Shown: positions 34,847 to 44,643 of the stretch, in pieces
Position numbering within the stretch: position 1 is the first letter of the stretch
How the letters are laid out: every line of letters begins with the position of its first letter
Assembly: GCA_963752475.1 (NCBI GenBank)
Contig: CAVVYR010000007.1
Location: 416,001-480,000 of the forward strand
Origin: an uncultured Chloroflexia bacterium
GTDB taxonomy: Bacteria > Chloroflexota > Limnocylindria > Limnocylindrales > CSP1-4
Reading direction: 5' to 3'
DNA length: 64,000 nt
Notes under the pieces: model-generated
What the model was told of the DNA's origin: nothing
The model's input: the letters and a program-made list of their open reading frames with translations, nothing else
Database searches by the model: none
Translations under genes and position numbers: made by a program

Positions 34847-35653
34847 CTATTCGGCCGGGAGATACCTGACCTGCAAGGCGCCATCGTCGTCTCGCAGCTC
34901 GAGCGAGCCGGAGCCATCTGTCGACCATGTCGTGGCCGCGGTGAGCGCCGCGAAGTATTGCTGCGAGAGTTCAGCAAGCCCCGGCTCCTCGCAGGCCATC
35001 ATCGTGGTCGCGATCTCGGGCGCGATGGTGATGGCGTCGCCATCGACCTCATAGCTGGTGAAGTAGTCGTTGCAGCCGTCCACGCCGGAGAGCTGGCCAT
35101 CGGCATCGAAGACCGCCGTGATCATCGGGGTGAACTCATTGGTCTCCACCGCACCCCTGCCGTTGTTGAGTCCCTGGGCCACCCACGAACCCACGACCGT
35201 GGCCTCTGGCGCGAGGTCGAATTCGAGCAGGAAGTCGCCGTTGGCATCGAGCAGGGCCATCTGGATCCCGCCGGACTGATATGCGGCGACCTGGCCCAGG
35301 TTCGCGAAGTAACTCTGTTCGGCCTCCATCAGCGGGGGCACGCAGGCCATCATCGTGGAGCCGACCGGGCCGAACTCGAGCTCGAACCCATCGAGCTCGT
35401 AGCTCGTGAAGTAGCTGTTGCAGCCGCCGTTCCCGCCGGCGTCGCCGCCTTCCATGCGCAGTGAGATGCTGACGCCGTCGGGGACCGAGGCCATCTCGCC
35501 GTCGACCATTTGACTGGTCAGCAACCAGGTCATGCCTTCGATCGAGTAGACGCCGACCGGCTCGGGCTCGTCTTCGGCTACGGCCGCGGCGGCCAGGCTG
35601 GCGGTAAGGGCAAGGGCTGCGACCGCGGCCATGGTCGCACGCAGATTCTTCAT
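34847..35653 (-). CDS. Secreted double META-domain protein (paralog)
   Basis: GNGGCNSY...STMMAC and DGCNDY...TTMMAC motifs. Confidence 0.85.
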   Translation of the reverse strand: MKNLRATMAAVAALALTASLAAAAVAEDEPEPVGVYSIEGMTWLLTSQMVDGEMASVPDGVSISLRMEGGDAGGNGGCNSYFTSYELDGFELEFGPVGSTMMACVPPLMEAEQSYFANLGQVAAYQSGGIQMALLDANGDFLLEFDLAPEATVVGSWVAQGLNNGRGAVETNEFTPMITAVFDADGQLSGVDGCNDYFTSYEVDGDAITIAPEIATTMMACEEPGLAELSQQYFAALTAATTWSTDGSGSLELRDDDGALQVRYLPAE

Positions 35654-35763
35654 CGTGTGTACACCTCCGACAGGATGGCGGGCCCATGCGGGCACGCCCG
35701 TATGAACGCTTCCGTTGCTGGCTAGACGCAGGATACGTGCCTCCGGTTCCCCGGCGCCGGGAT

Positions 35764-38268
35764 TCAGCCCTTGGTGTCGACACCAAGGAAGCGCTCGATG
35801 AAGCGCCAGCGCCAGAAGATCCAGACCAGCACGGTCCAGGCCAGGACGCCGCTGAAGACGATGGCCAGGTCACGGACCGATAGCGGGTAGAGGTTGAAGA
35901 AGACGCGGAACGGCGGCACCAGGAGCACGATCCCGAGGGCAGCGGTCAGGCTCAGGGCCAACCACGTCGGGCGCCAATCGGGCGACAGCGGCTCGATCAC
36001 CGCCAGCCACTTGACCGGGGGCTCCACGAAGACCACGACCATCATGCCGACGAGGATGAGGAAGACGGTCACGGAGGTCTTTGCCGACTCCTCGACCATC
36101 TGCTCGGTCACCAGGCCCGCCTCGAAGTCGGCGTCGCCGATGAGGAAGATCCCGGTCACCACGAGCAGTCCGACGATCGAGGCCAGCGCCGCCGCCGGCA
36201 GCACGAACTTGGCCAGCGTCCGCAGCAACGATTCGCCGGGGAACGGACCCGGGCGGGCCCAGATGGCCAGCATCGCGGTCGGGATGCCGACCGTGAACAG
36301 CGTGATGGCCGAGGCGTTGCGCAGGTCGACCGGGAAGAAGCCGCTGGTCATGAGCACGAGGATGAGCATGCCCAAGGTGAGGATGCGGGTCAGGAACACG
36401 CGCAGGATGTCCTGCATGCCGTTGAGGATGCGCTGGCCCTCGCCGATGGCCGAGGCCAGTGCGCTGAAGCCGTCGTCGATGAGGATGAGATCGGACACGC
36501 CACGTGCCGCCTGCGTGCCGCTGCCCATGGCGATGGCCAGATTGGAGCGCTTGAGTGAGAGGACGTCGTTGACGCCATCACCGGTCATGGCCACATAGCG
36601 ACCCTGGTCTCGCAAGGCCCCGACGAGCCGCTCCTTGAGCTCCGGCGTGACGCGTCCGAAGATGGTGGTGTTCTCGACGGCGGCATCGAAGTGCGGTTCG
36701 TCCATGGCCTCGAGCTCGGGCCCGGAGACGACCCCGCCGCTGGTGTCGAGCCCCGCCTGGTGCGCCAGCGTGGATACGGTCTCCGGATCGTCGCCGGAGA
36801 TGACGCGGACGTCCACGCCCATCTCACGGAAGCGCGTGAGCGTCTCGGCCGCCTCGGGGCGCAGCAGGTCACGCAGGACGACGATGGCGTAGGGCCTGGA
36901 GTCTGCCGGCAGGGTGGAGTCGTCACCCTCGTCCTCGATCGTGGTCGAGGGGCTGTAGGCCGCCAGCAGCACGCGCATCCCGCGCGCCGCATGGTGCGCC
37001 ACGAGCGCCTGGATGTTGCGCCACTGCGCGTCGCTGATGTCGAGGTACTGGCGGATGAAGGTCGGCGCGCCCATCGAGTAGGTACCGAGCGCAGGGTGGC
37101 TTGGTGAGACGCCGGCAGGTACGGCAACGGCGCTCCACTTGCGCTTGGACGAGAACGGCACCTCCATCAACGGCTCGCGAGCGATGCCGTGGACCGCCTC
37201 GCCGATGGCCTCGCTGGTGGTGTTGGTGGCGCGACCGCTGGCCACCATCAGGCCGACCTTGGCACGTGCCGAGGTCTCGTCACCCTCGAGCGGCAGGACC
37301 TGGTCCAGCTCGAGCTGGTTGGCCGTGAGCGTGCCGGTCTTGTCGACGCAGAGCGTATCCACGTGCGAGAGCGACTCGACCGCGTTGGCCTGCTGGACGA
37401 GCGCGCCGAAGCGCGACATGCGCACCGCGGCCAGGGCATAGGCGATGGCGATCGACACGAAGAGCCCGTTGGGCACGAGCCCGACGAGCACGGTGGCCTC
37501 CACGATGGCCTCGTCGAGTGGCGTGTCCTCGACCACGTTCTTGACGATCAGCAGCAGCTGCAGGTAGATCACCACGCCGAGCGTCACGCGGATGACGGTC
37601 TGGATCTGGCGCTGCAGCGGGGTGAGCGTGCGGCGGAACGTCTTGGCCCCGGCCGTGATGCGCCCGGCGAGGCTGGCTTCACCCACGGTCCTGGCCACGT
37701 AGCGGCCGCGACCCGACGTCGGGTAGCTACCGGAGAAGACCTCGTCGCCGACGCGCTTGGGGACCATGTCCGATTCGCCCGTCAGCTGCGATTCGTCGAC
37801 CTCCATGCGCCCTTCGGTCAGCTCGCCGTCGACGATGATCTGATCGCCAGGTCTGACCTCGAGCAGGTCGCCCACGACGATCTCCTCCGGACCCACCGTG
37901 CGAACTTCGCCGTCTCGGACGACCGAGGCTGTCGGTCGGGTGAGCAGGGCGATCTCGTCGAGGGCCTGCTTGGCGCGCACCTCCTGGTAGATGCCGACGA
38001 CGATGTTGGTGCCGATGACCAGGATCGAGACGAAGGCGTCGAAGGGCCGGCCCACGATGACCAGCAGCGCGCCCATGACGAAGAGGACGTTGTTGATGAA
38101 GGTGAAGACGTTCTCGCGAACGATCGCCCAGTAGGTCCGGGTCGTCGCCGGGGGAGCGCTGTTGCCCAGCCCCTGCCCGCGTCGCTCGTCGGCCTCGGCG
38201 TCGCTCAGCCCGGTGTCGGGTGTCGGCGGCAGGGCGGCAATGACGTCGGTCGTGGTGCGGTCGGTCAT
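35764..38268 (-). CDS. P-type ATPase, CtpE-like
   Basis: TGES, DKTGT, SGD, TGDGVND motifs. Confidence 0.92.
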   Translation of the reverse strand: MTDRTTTDVIAALPPTPDTGLSDAEADERRGQGLGNSAPPATTRTYWAIVRENVFTFINNVLFVMGALLVIVGRPFDAFVSILVIGTNIVVGIYQEVRAKQALDEIALLTRPTASVVRDGEVRTVGPEEIVVGDLLEVRPGDQIIVDGELTEGRMEVDESQLTGESDMVPKRVGDEVFSGSYPTSGRGRYVARTVGEASLAGRITAGAKTFRRTLTPLQRQIQTVIRVTLGVVIYLQLLLIVKNVVEDTPLDEAIVEATVLVGLVPNGLFVSIAIAYALAAVRMSRFGALVQQANAVESLSHVDTLCVDKTGTLTANQLELDQVLPLEGDETSARAKVGLMVASGRATNTTSEAIGEAVHGIAREPLMEVPFSSKRKWSAVAVPAGVSPSHPALGTYSMGAPTFIRQYLDISDAQWRNIQALVAHHAARGMRVLLAAYSPSTTIEDEGDDSTLPADSRPYAIVVLRDLLRPEAAETLTRFREMGVDVRVISGDDPETVSTLAHQAGLDTSGGVVSGPELEAMDEPHFDAAVENTTIFGRVTPELKERLVGALRDQGRYVAMTGDGVNDVLSLKRSNLAIAMGSGTQAARGVSDLILIDDGFSALASAIGEGQRILNGMQDILRVFLTRILTLGMLILVLMTSGFFPVDLRNASAITLFTVGIPTAMLAIWARPGPFPGESLLRTLAKFVLPAAALASIVGLLVVTGIFLIGDADFEAGLVTEQMVEESAKTSVTVFLILVGMMVVVFVEPPVKWLAVIEPLSPDWRPTWLALSLTAALGIVLLVPPFRVFFNLYPLSVRDLAIVFSGVLAWTVLVWIFWRWRFIERFLGVDTKG

Positions 38269-38972
38269 GACGGCGGACCCTGCCGTACGCGGTAGCGCGA
38301 GATCACATCGCCGTCCCCGCTCGTCGTGGTTTCGAGGAGCTCCAGCGAGAGGGCGTCACGTCGTGCCCAGCCGGCGCCGCCCACCGGGGTCGGGGCGTCT
38401 TCGCCGCCGAAGAGGAGGGGAGCCACGGCCAACTGGATCTCATCGACTAGGCCGGCCTCGAGCAGCGCGGCCACGAGCGTGCCGCCACCCTCGACCATCA
38501 GCCGCTCGACGCCCATCCCGGCGATGGCTGCCAGCGATGCCCCCAGGTCGACCCCTTGCCTGCCGGCGACCACGACCTCGGCACCTGCGGAGCGGAACTC
38601 CGCCAGCGCCGTCTCGCTCGTGCGCTCGCTGGTGCACAACAGGACGCGCCCGCCCCCTTCACGCAGGAACGCACCCAGCAGCGCGAGGTCGACCGACCCC
38701 AGCCTCGAGGCGATCCCGACCTTCATCGGCTGGGCGGACCTGCCGGTCTTGATGCGCTCGGTGATGAGGGCGTCGTCGCGCACGGTCAGCCGCGGGTCCT
38801 CGGCGAGCAGCGTTTGCCCCCCGACCATGATGGCGTCGGACTCGGCGCGCAGGCGGTCGACGCGGGCCGTGTCTGCGGGGCCGGAGATACGCGCGCCCTG
38901 ACGCTCGACGGTGTCGATCTTGCCGTCGGCGGTCATGGCCATGTTCACGAAGACGTACGGACGGGTCTGCAC
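38265..38972 (-). CDS. RibD C-terminal (pyrimidine reductase/DHFR-like) protein
   Basis: AMTADGKI, DAIMVG, EDPRLTVR, LMVEGGG, GLVDEI. Confidence 0.88.
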   Translation of the reverse strand: MQTRPYVFVNMAMTADGKIDTVERQGARISGPADTARVDRLRAESDAIMVGGQTLLAEDPRLTVRDDALITERIKTGRSAQPMKVGIASRLGSVDLALLGAFLREGGGRVLLCTSERTSETALAEFRSAGAEVVVAGRQGVDLGASLAAIAGMGVERLMVEGGGTLVAALLEAGLVDEIQLAVAPLLFGGEDAPTPVGGAGWARRDALSLELLETTTSGDGDVISRYRVRQGPPS

Positions 38973-39250
38973 GGGCGCTCAATGCTAGCGAACCGGAGTC
39001 TGTGGGGCGAGACGGATCCGGAGACGAAATGGGGCGAGGCCCGCCTCCTCGACGGGCCTCGCGTTGGGCTTCCGGTGCGGGCTCGTCGTCGGAGCCAAAG
39101 CAGATAGTGCCGGCCGGGTCGGCATCCGTCAGCGGTACGAAGGTCGCTGCGGTGGACCCGCGCGTCGCCGCCCGGGGGTGTGCTGCAGTGCGGAGCGAGG
39201 CGCGCTGGTGGCGCCACGAACAGTACCCTCGGCGTGGCAGCATCAGCGAC

Positions 39251-40396
39251 ATGACTGGCACGGTGAGGACCCTCGGAGCGATCGCCCAGGACCTGCGAGA
39301 CCTGGGGCTGCGCGCCGGCGACCTCGTCATGGTCCACGCCTCGCTACGCAAGCTGGGGCCGGTCGAGGGCCGGGCCAACGGCGTCATCGGGGCCATCCTC
39401 GACGCCGTGTCACCCGGCGGTACGATGCTCATGGTGCTGGGCGCCGAAGACGCCCACGCCTGGGTCAACGAGCGCCCCGAGGCCGAGCGGGAAGCACTGC
39501 TGGCGGATGCCGAGCCCTTCGACTCGGCGGTCACGCCGGCGCTATCGGACGTCGGGACGCTGGCCGAGGTCCTGCGGCAGCATCCGGGGTCGGTCGTCAA
39601 CGACCACCCCGAGGGACGCTTCGCGGCCCAGGGGGCCCTGGCCCACGAGCTCCTCGACGACACGCCCTGGAACGACTACTACGGACCGGGCTCACCGCTC
39701 GAGCGCCTGACCGAGGGTGGACGGATCCTGCGCCTCGGTGCCGACCTCGATACCGTCACCGCTCTGCACTTCGCCGAGTATCGATGCTCGGTCTGGCCCA
39801 AGCGCCGCGTGAGGCGCTATCGGCGCATCGCGACGCCCGACGGGCCACGCATCCGCATCGTGGAGTGCCTCGATGACGAGCACGGCATCGTCGACTACGC
39901 CGGCGAGGACTACTTCGCCGACCTGCTCCGCGACTACCTTGCCGCCGGCAGGGCCCTGAGCGGGACCGTCGGCGATGCTCGATCGGAGCTCATCGAGGCC
40001 GCCGATCTGGTGTCCTTCGGGACGCGCTGGATGGATGAGCACCTCGAGGGCGAGCACCACGATGTCTCCATGAACGGCATGCGCACGCGACTCGACCGTG
40101 ACCTGCTCGATGCCCGCAAGCGCCGCAGCGCGCCGGAGGTCGCCGCCCTCCGCTCGCTCAAGACCGCGTTGGCCAATGCGGAGGCCGTGCCGGTCGAGGA
40201 CCGGCCGTACGAGGTCGTGAAGGGGCGTGCCGACGTGCCGCGGCGCGTGCTGTCCGCGGCCGACATCGCCGCCATCGTGCGCGTTGAGATCGATGAGCGA
40301 CGTCGTGCGCTCGCCGAATACGAGGCGGCCGCCGCTCCGACCGAGGCGCTGGAACTGGAGCTGACGACCCTGGAGCGGTACCGCCGACCGGCCTAG
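39251..40396 (+). CDS. AAC(3)-family N-acetyltransferase with helical C-terminal extension
   Basis: GLRAGDLVMVHASL, HPEGRFAAQG, YGPGSPL, TALHFAEY, CLDDEHG. Confidence 0.85.
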   Translation: MTGTVRTLGAIAQDLRDLGLRAGDLVMVHASLRKLGPVEGRANGVIGAILDAVSPGGTMLMVLGAEDAHAWVNERPEAEREALLADAEPFDSAVTPALSDVGTLAEVLRQHPGSVVNDHPEGRFAAQGALAHELLDDTPWNDYYGPGSPLERLTEGGRILRLGADLDTVTALHFAEYRCSVWPKRRVRRYRRIATPDGPRIRIVECLDDEHGIVDYAGEDYFADLLRDYLAAGRALSGTVGDARSELIEAADLVSFGTRWMDEHLEGEHHDVSMNGMRTRLDRDLLDARKRRSAPEVAALRSLKTALANAEAVPVEDRPYEVVKGRADVPRRVLSAADIAAIVRVEIDERRRALAEYEAAAAPTEALELELTTLERYRRPA

Positions 40397-40776
40397 GAGG
40401 CCAGCGCCTCCTTGATGGCGGCGTCGAGCTTCTCTGCCGTGGGTGGGCCTACGAGCGGCACGACCTTGTGGATGCCCTCGGTCTCGACCCAGTCGAGCTC
40501 CATGCCGGGAGCAGTGAGCACGATCGGCGTCTCCGGGTGCATCTCGCGCAGGAACTCGATGAGGTTCCGGCCACCGCCCAATTCGGTCGTGGACCAGACG
40601 TCGTAGAGGAGCACATCCGCCTCGTGAACGTCGGGACAGTGCTCCCCGCGCAGGACCGGGCAGGGCGACCCTGCGGGCCCGGCACATCCGACGGGGTCGT
40701 AGCCGAGTCGCCGCAGCGAGTCGATCTCCTGATCAGCCAGGTCGATGTCGTGGTGGACGACGAGCACACGCGTCAT
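40393..40776 (-). CDS. Atypical stand-alone receiver-like protein with Cys cluster
   Basis: RVLVV...ADVLLYD...PIVLTA receiver topology; CAGP..CP..CP insert. Confidence 0.65.
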   Translation of the reverse strand: MTRVLVVHHDIDLADQEIDSLRRLGYDPVGCAGPAGSPCPVLRGEHCPDVHEADVLLYDVWSTTELGGGRNLIEFLREMHPETPIVLTAPGMELDWVETEGIHKVVPLVGPPTAEKLDAAIKEALAS

Positions 40777-41154
40777 GGCTGCTACCCCCGCTTGCACCGC
40801 CCGGGGCGGGCCGGTCCCACGGCCAGTATGCGCTGCGCTGCAACCGCGTCGGGGGCCATGCGTCGTCAAGCTCGGTGCCGAAGGCGGTTTTCGACGTTGT
40901 TAGCCGTCGGCTCCGTGGGCCCGTCGGCTCCGTGGGCTCGTCGATCCGTGCGACTCCTTCACGGCTCCAGCGATCATCCCCTGATGGCTGAACTCGACGA
41001 CATCGAAGGAGGAGTGCTGCATCTCAGCCTCCAGCAGGCTCGGATCGTCAGTCCCAGCCTCCACCGGGCTGAGACCGTGCAGGCAAGGCCCAGGCTGGTC
41101 GAGTTCAGCCAACTGGGGATTCCCGAGCCCATCCCGCTCGAGCGCGGGCCACGC

Positions 41155-41240
41155 TGGTGCCGAAGGTGGGATTCGAACCCACACACCCTTGCGAGTAGAG
41201 GTTTTTGAGACCTCCGCGTCTGCCATTCCGCCACTTCGGC
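41155..41240 (-). tRNA. tRNA-Leu(CAA)
   Basis: GCCGAAG acceptor stem, anticodon loop CTCAAAA, long variable arm, GGTTCGAATCC, encoded CCA. Confidence 0.96.
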
Positions 41241-41399
41241 TCGCTCGCGGATTGTAGACCTCCACGGACGACGACCCCCATCGCCCCCGTGTAGACTCGC
41301 CACGACCTGCAGGGCACCGGGAGGGAGTCGTCGTGATCGACCGGAATCACGCCCGATACATGACCGTCACGTCCCGCTGCCAATTCGGAGGCGGCTGAG

Positions 41400-42398
41400 A
41401 TGCCGGCCATTCGCACGCCGAGGTTGAAGGTGCGACCAGTCCGACGGGGCCATGCGGCGTCGGTGACCCCCGAAGAGGTCATGCCCGAGCCGTCGGTCAT
41501 CGAGGCGAACGGGCTGCGCTGGATCCACATCCCCAAGCCGCGGCACTACGCGCAGGAGTGGCTCGAGCGCAACTTCGAGTTCCACCCCCTCGACTACGAG
41601 GACATCTACTCGCGCAACCAGCGCCCCAAGGTCGACCGCTACGACGACTACCTCTTCGTGGTGCTCCAGTTCCCGCGCTATGACCGCGACCGCGAGCGCC
41701 TCAACGTGGTGGAGCTCGACCTCTTCGTCGGTCCCGACTATGTCATCACCCTGCCCAACAACGATCTCGAGCCCATCGACTCGCTCTTCGCCCGCTGCTG
41801 GGAGAGCGACGAGGTACGTGAGGGCTACTTCGAGAAGGGCGCCCCCTTCCTGCTCTACAAGATCGTCGACCACGCCGTCGACGCCTCGTTCCCGATGCTG
41901 CGCAAGATGGGCCAGAAGATGGAGCGCATCGAAGACGACATCTTCGAGGGCAAGTCGGACGAGGTCGTGCGCGACATCTCCAACGCCAAGCAGGAGATCA
42001 TCACCTTCAGGCGTATCGTGCGGCCACAGCGCGTCGCCTTCCGCGACCTGGAGCGGGCCATGGACGTCGTCGCGCCCGAGGAGCTGGATGTCTACTTCGA
42101 CGACGTCATCGACGCCTCGGAGCGCATCTGGGACACCCTCGAGAACTACAAGGAGGTCATCGCCGGCCTGGAGGAGTCGAACGAGTCGATCATCAGCCAC
42201 CGCACCAATGACACCTTGCGCGTGCTCACCTCGATCACCGTCATCGTCCTGCCGCTGACCCTGCTGGCGAGCCTCTTCGGCATGAACGTCGTCTTCCCGG
42301 GGGAGGGCACCGGCCAGGCGTTCTGGCTGATCATGGGCGCCATGACCGCGGTGCTCGTGGGCATGGTCCTCCTCTTCCGTCGCCGCGGCTGGCTCTGA
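41400..42398 (+). CDS. corA: CorA-family Mg2+/Co2+ transporter
   Basis: FHPLDYED, QRPKVD, FGMN motif, two C-terminal TMs; start may be 41481. Confidence 0.92.
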   Translation: MPAIRTPRLKVRPVRRGHAASVTPEEVMPEPSVIEANGLRWIHIPKPRHYAQEWLERNFEFHPLDYEDIYSRNQRPKVDRYDDYLFVVLQFPRYDRDRERLNVVELDLFVGPDYVITLPNNDLEPIDSLFARCWESDEVREGYFEKGAPFLLYKIVDHAVDASFPMLRKMGQKMERIEDDIFEGKSDEVVRDISNAKQEIITFRRIVRPQRVAFRDLERAMDVVAPEELDVYFDDVIDASERIWDTLENYKEVIAGLEESNESIISHRTNDTLRVLTSITVIVLPLTLLASLFGMNVVFPGEGTGQAFWLIMGAMTAVLVGMVLLFRRRGWL

Positions 42399-42405
42399 CC
42401 TGACG

Positions 42406-42990
42406 ATGGACCGCGCGGCCGACAACGCCCGCGACCAGGCGCTCGTCGAAGCCGCGCTGGGAGGGGAGCTCGAGGCCTTCAACCAGCTCGTCGCGTCCTA
42501 CCAGGACTACCTCTATTCCATGACCGTGCGCGTGGTGCGCGACCAGGACATCGCGGAGGAAGCGGTACAGGAGGCGTTCTTCAGCGCCTATCGCAACCTC
42601 GAGCGCTTCAACGGACCGTCGTTCCGAGCCTGGCTCACGCGCATCGCCATCAACGCCGCGCGCGACCTGCTGCGCAAACGCAAGCGCCGCCCGAGCGAGC
42701 CCTATCCCGAATGGGAGGACGACTCCTGGCAGCCGCCGGCGCCGGAGTCCGAAGGTCCCGAGCAGGTCTCGTTGGCACAGCAGCAACGGGCAGCGATCGC
42801 GCGCTGCATGGAGGGCATCAGCGACGACCAGCGAGCGGCCATCGTGCTCTACGACGTGCAGGGCTACGGCTATCCGGAGATCGCAGCCATGACCGAGGTC
42901 AGCGTGGGCACGGTCAAGTCGCGCATCCACCGCGGGCGGCTGGCTTTGCGTGACTGCCTCGGGCCGCTGATGGAACTGTTCCGTGGGTAG
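42406..42990 (+). CDS. ECF RNA polymerase sigma factor
   Basis: AEEAVQEAF, FRAWLTRIAIN, YPEIA, GTVKSRIHRGR. Confidence 0.92.
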   Translation: MDRAADNARDQALVEAALGGELEAFNQLVASYQDYLYSMTVRVVRDQDIAEEAVQEAFFSAYRNLERFNGPSFRAWLTRIAINAARDLLRKRKRRPSEPYPEWEDDSWQPPAPESEGPEQVSLAQQQRAAIARCMEGISDDQRAAIVLYDVQGYGYPEIAAMTEVSVGTVKSRIHRGRLALRDCLGPLMELFRG

Positions 42991-42999
42991 GGACGTCTC

Positions 43000-44238
43000 A
43001 TGAGCGACATGAAACAGCGCCACGCCATGCCTCCCGCCGCTGACCACGAGCATCATGACTCGATGCTCGTGGGGCAGCTCGTGGCAGGTGACCAGCTCGC
43101 ACCGGAGCAGCAGGCGGAGGCCCAGCGTCTGGTCACGAGCTGCGGTGCCTGCGCGGCTCTGGCTGCGGACCTGCGTGTCGTCTCCGCGGCCGTGGCTCAG
43201 GAGCCCGTCCCGCCCCGGCGTCGTGACTTCCGGCTCTCGCCCGAGCAGGCCGAGGCCCTTTCGGGTAATCCCGTGACGCGCTTCCTGCGCCGGCTTTCGC
43301 TGCCCTCGGCCCGGGCCTTCCAGCCGGCCGCCGCCGGGGTGCTCTCCATCGGCCTCCTCTTCGTGGTCGCCGGCTACGCCTGGCCCGACGGCGGCACCAT
43401 CACCGTGCAGTCCGCACCCAACTACGTCGACTGGAGCCCGTCCGCCCCCGCGTCCGTGTCGGTGGAGCCCGACGCCGACGTGGCCCAGCCGCCGGCAGCG
43501 TCGGACGTGGATGATGGCGCCGCGGCGGGGGACACCGACGTCGACGCCGCCGCCGGGTTCTTCGAAACGCTGCCCGAGTCCCAGGCCGGCGACCTCGATC
43601 GTACCAGCCAGAAGTCCGTCGCCAGCGAGGCCGAGGCGCCAGAAGCCGGTGCGCTCGAGATGATGGTCGAGGAGTCGGTGTCGCCACGGGCGGCGGCGCC
43701 CTCGCCACCTGGCGATGAGGTTTCCGCGCGGGCGGCCGACGCTGACAGGGCCCCGGATGCGGCTCTCGGTGGTGCCCTCGGGGAGACCGCCGACGTCGTA
43801 ACCGAAGAAGCAGCCGAGGACTCCGAGTACCGGGCGCAAGACCCGGTGGATGCTGCATCCGTCGAGGAGAGCCTCGGTTCGAGCGATGCGCTCGACGGAA
43901 TCGCACAACTCGATGCAGTCACCGAGGAGCCTGCCAGCAGGCAGGATCCGGGGACCGTGGTATCCGAGCCGGAGGCCGAGATCGCACCCGGGGAGATCGT
44001 CTCGCCTGAGTCGGAGGCCACGATCGGAGCCACCGAGGATGACACGCTCGCTGCTGACGTCGTCCAGGCGCCCACCGACGAGACCGGGCTCACCACCGAG
44101 GCCGCGTCATCGCCCGCCGACGCGGTGCAGCTCGAGGACTTGCTGCTCGTGTTGGGCGGGCTGCTCGTGCTGAGCGGGGGTGGATTGCTGGTGTTGGGCT
44201 GGGTGGCGCGCCGAGCGAGGGACCCGCTGGCACCCTAG
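43000..44238 (+). CDS. Putative anti-sigma factor (CxxC, TM, acidic region, C-terminal TM)
   Basis: Directly after ECF sigma; CGAC, PRRRDFRLSPEQA, two hydrophobic helices. Confidence 0.7.
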   Translation: MSDMKQRHAMPPAADHEHHDSMLVGQLVAGDQLAPEQQAEAQRLVTSCGACAALAADLRVVSAAVAQEPVPPRRRDFRLSPEQAEALSGNPVTRFLRRLSLPSARAFQPAAAGVLSIGLLFVVAGYAWPDGGTITVQSAPNYVDWSPSAPASVSVEPDADVAQPPAASDVDDGAAAGDTDVDAAAGFFETLPESQAGDLDRTSQKSVASEAEAPEAGALEMMVEESVSPRAAAPSPPGDEVSARAADADRAPDAALGGALGETADVVTEEAAEDSEYRAQDPVDAASVEESLGSSDALDGIAQLDAVTEEPASRQDPGTVVSEPEAEIAPGEIVSPESEATIGATEDDTLAADVVQAPTDETGLTTEAASSPADAVQLEDLLLVLGGLLVLSGGGLLVLGWVARRARDPLAP

Positions 44239-44258
44239 CGGCGGATCCGTGTCGCTCT

Positions 44259-44483
44259 TGTGGACGTCTGTCGTCTCCGTCGACCGTAGACCTGCTCGTA
44301 GCCACCGACGAAGCCGCCCGGCGGCCCACTGCCACAGCTGTTGAGCGTGGACGGGCATATCCGCTGACACTCAGTGCCGCGAAGCATCTGCATGGCAGGC
44401 CATCTGTGGGCCTACGGTCGACCTGGGCGACCGATGTCCACAGGAAGTGGCCTGAAGCGCCGATAGCGTCGGTGGGGGCGACG
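44259..44483. repeat. Dispersed palindromic intergenic element, copy B
   Basis: TGTGGAC...GTCGACCGTAG / CTACGGTCGAC...GTCCACA arms; gap-free homolog of 32730-32954. Confidence 0.8.
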
Positions 44484-44643
44484 CGGGTCATGTGAGACGG
44501 CCCGACACGCCGATACCGTCGCCGGGGTCGACGCCTGGCCACAAGTGATCGCGCGATCGTGTTCATCGACCGAGAACATCCGCGCACGTCGCCGCACCCG
44601 CCCGTCCGCTCTGGCCGTCGCACCCACGGCTACACTCGGAGCC

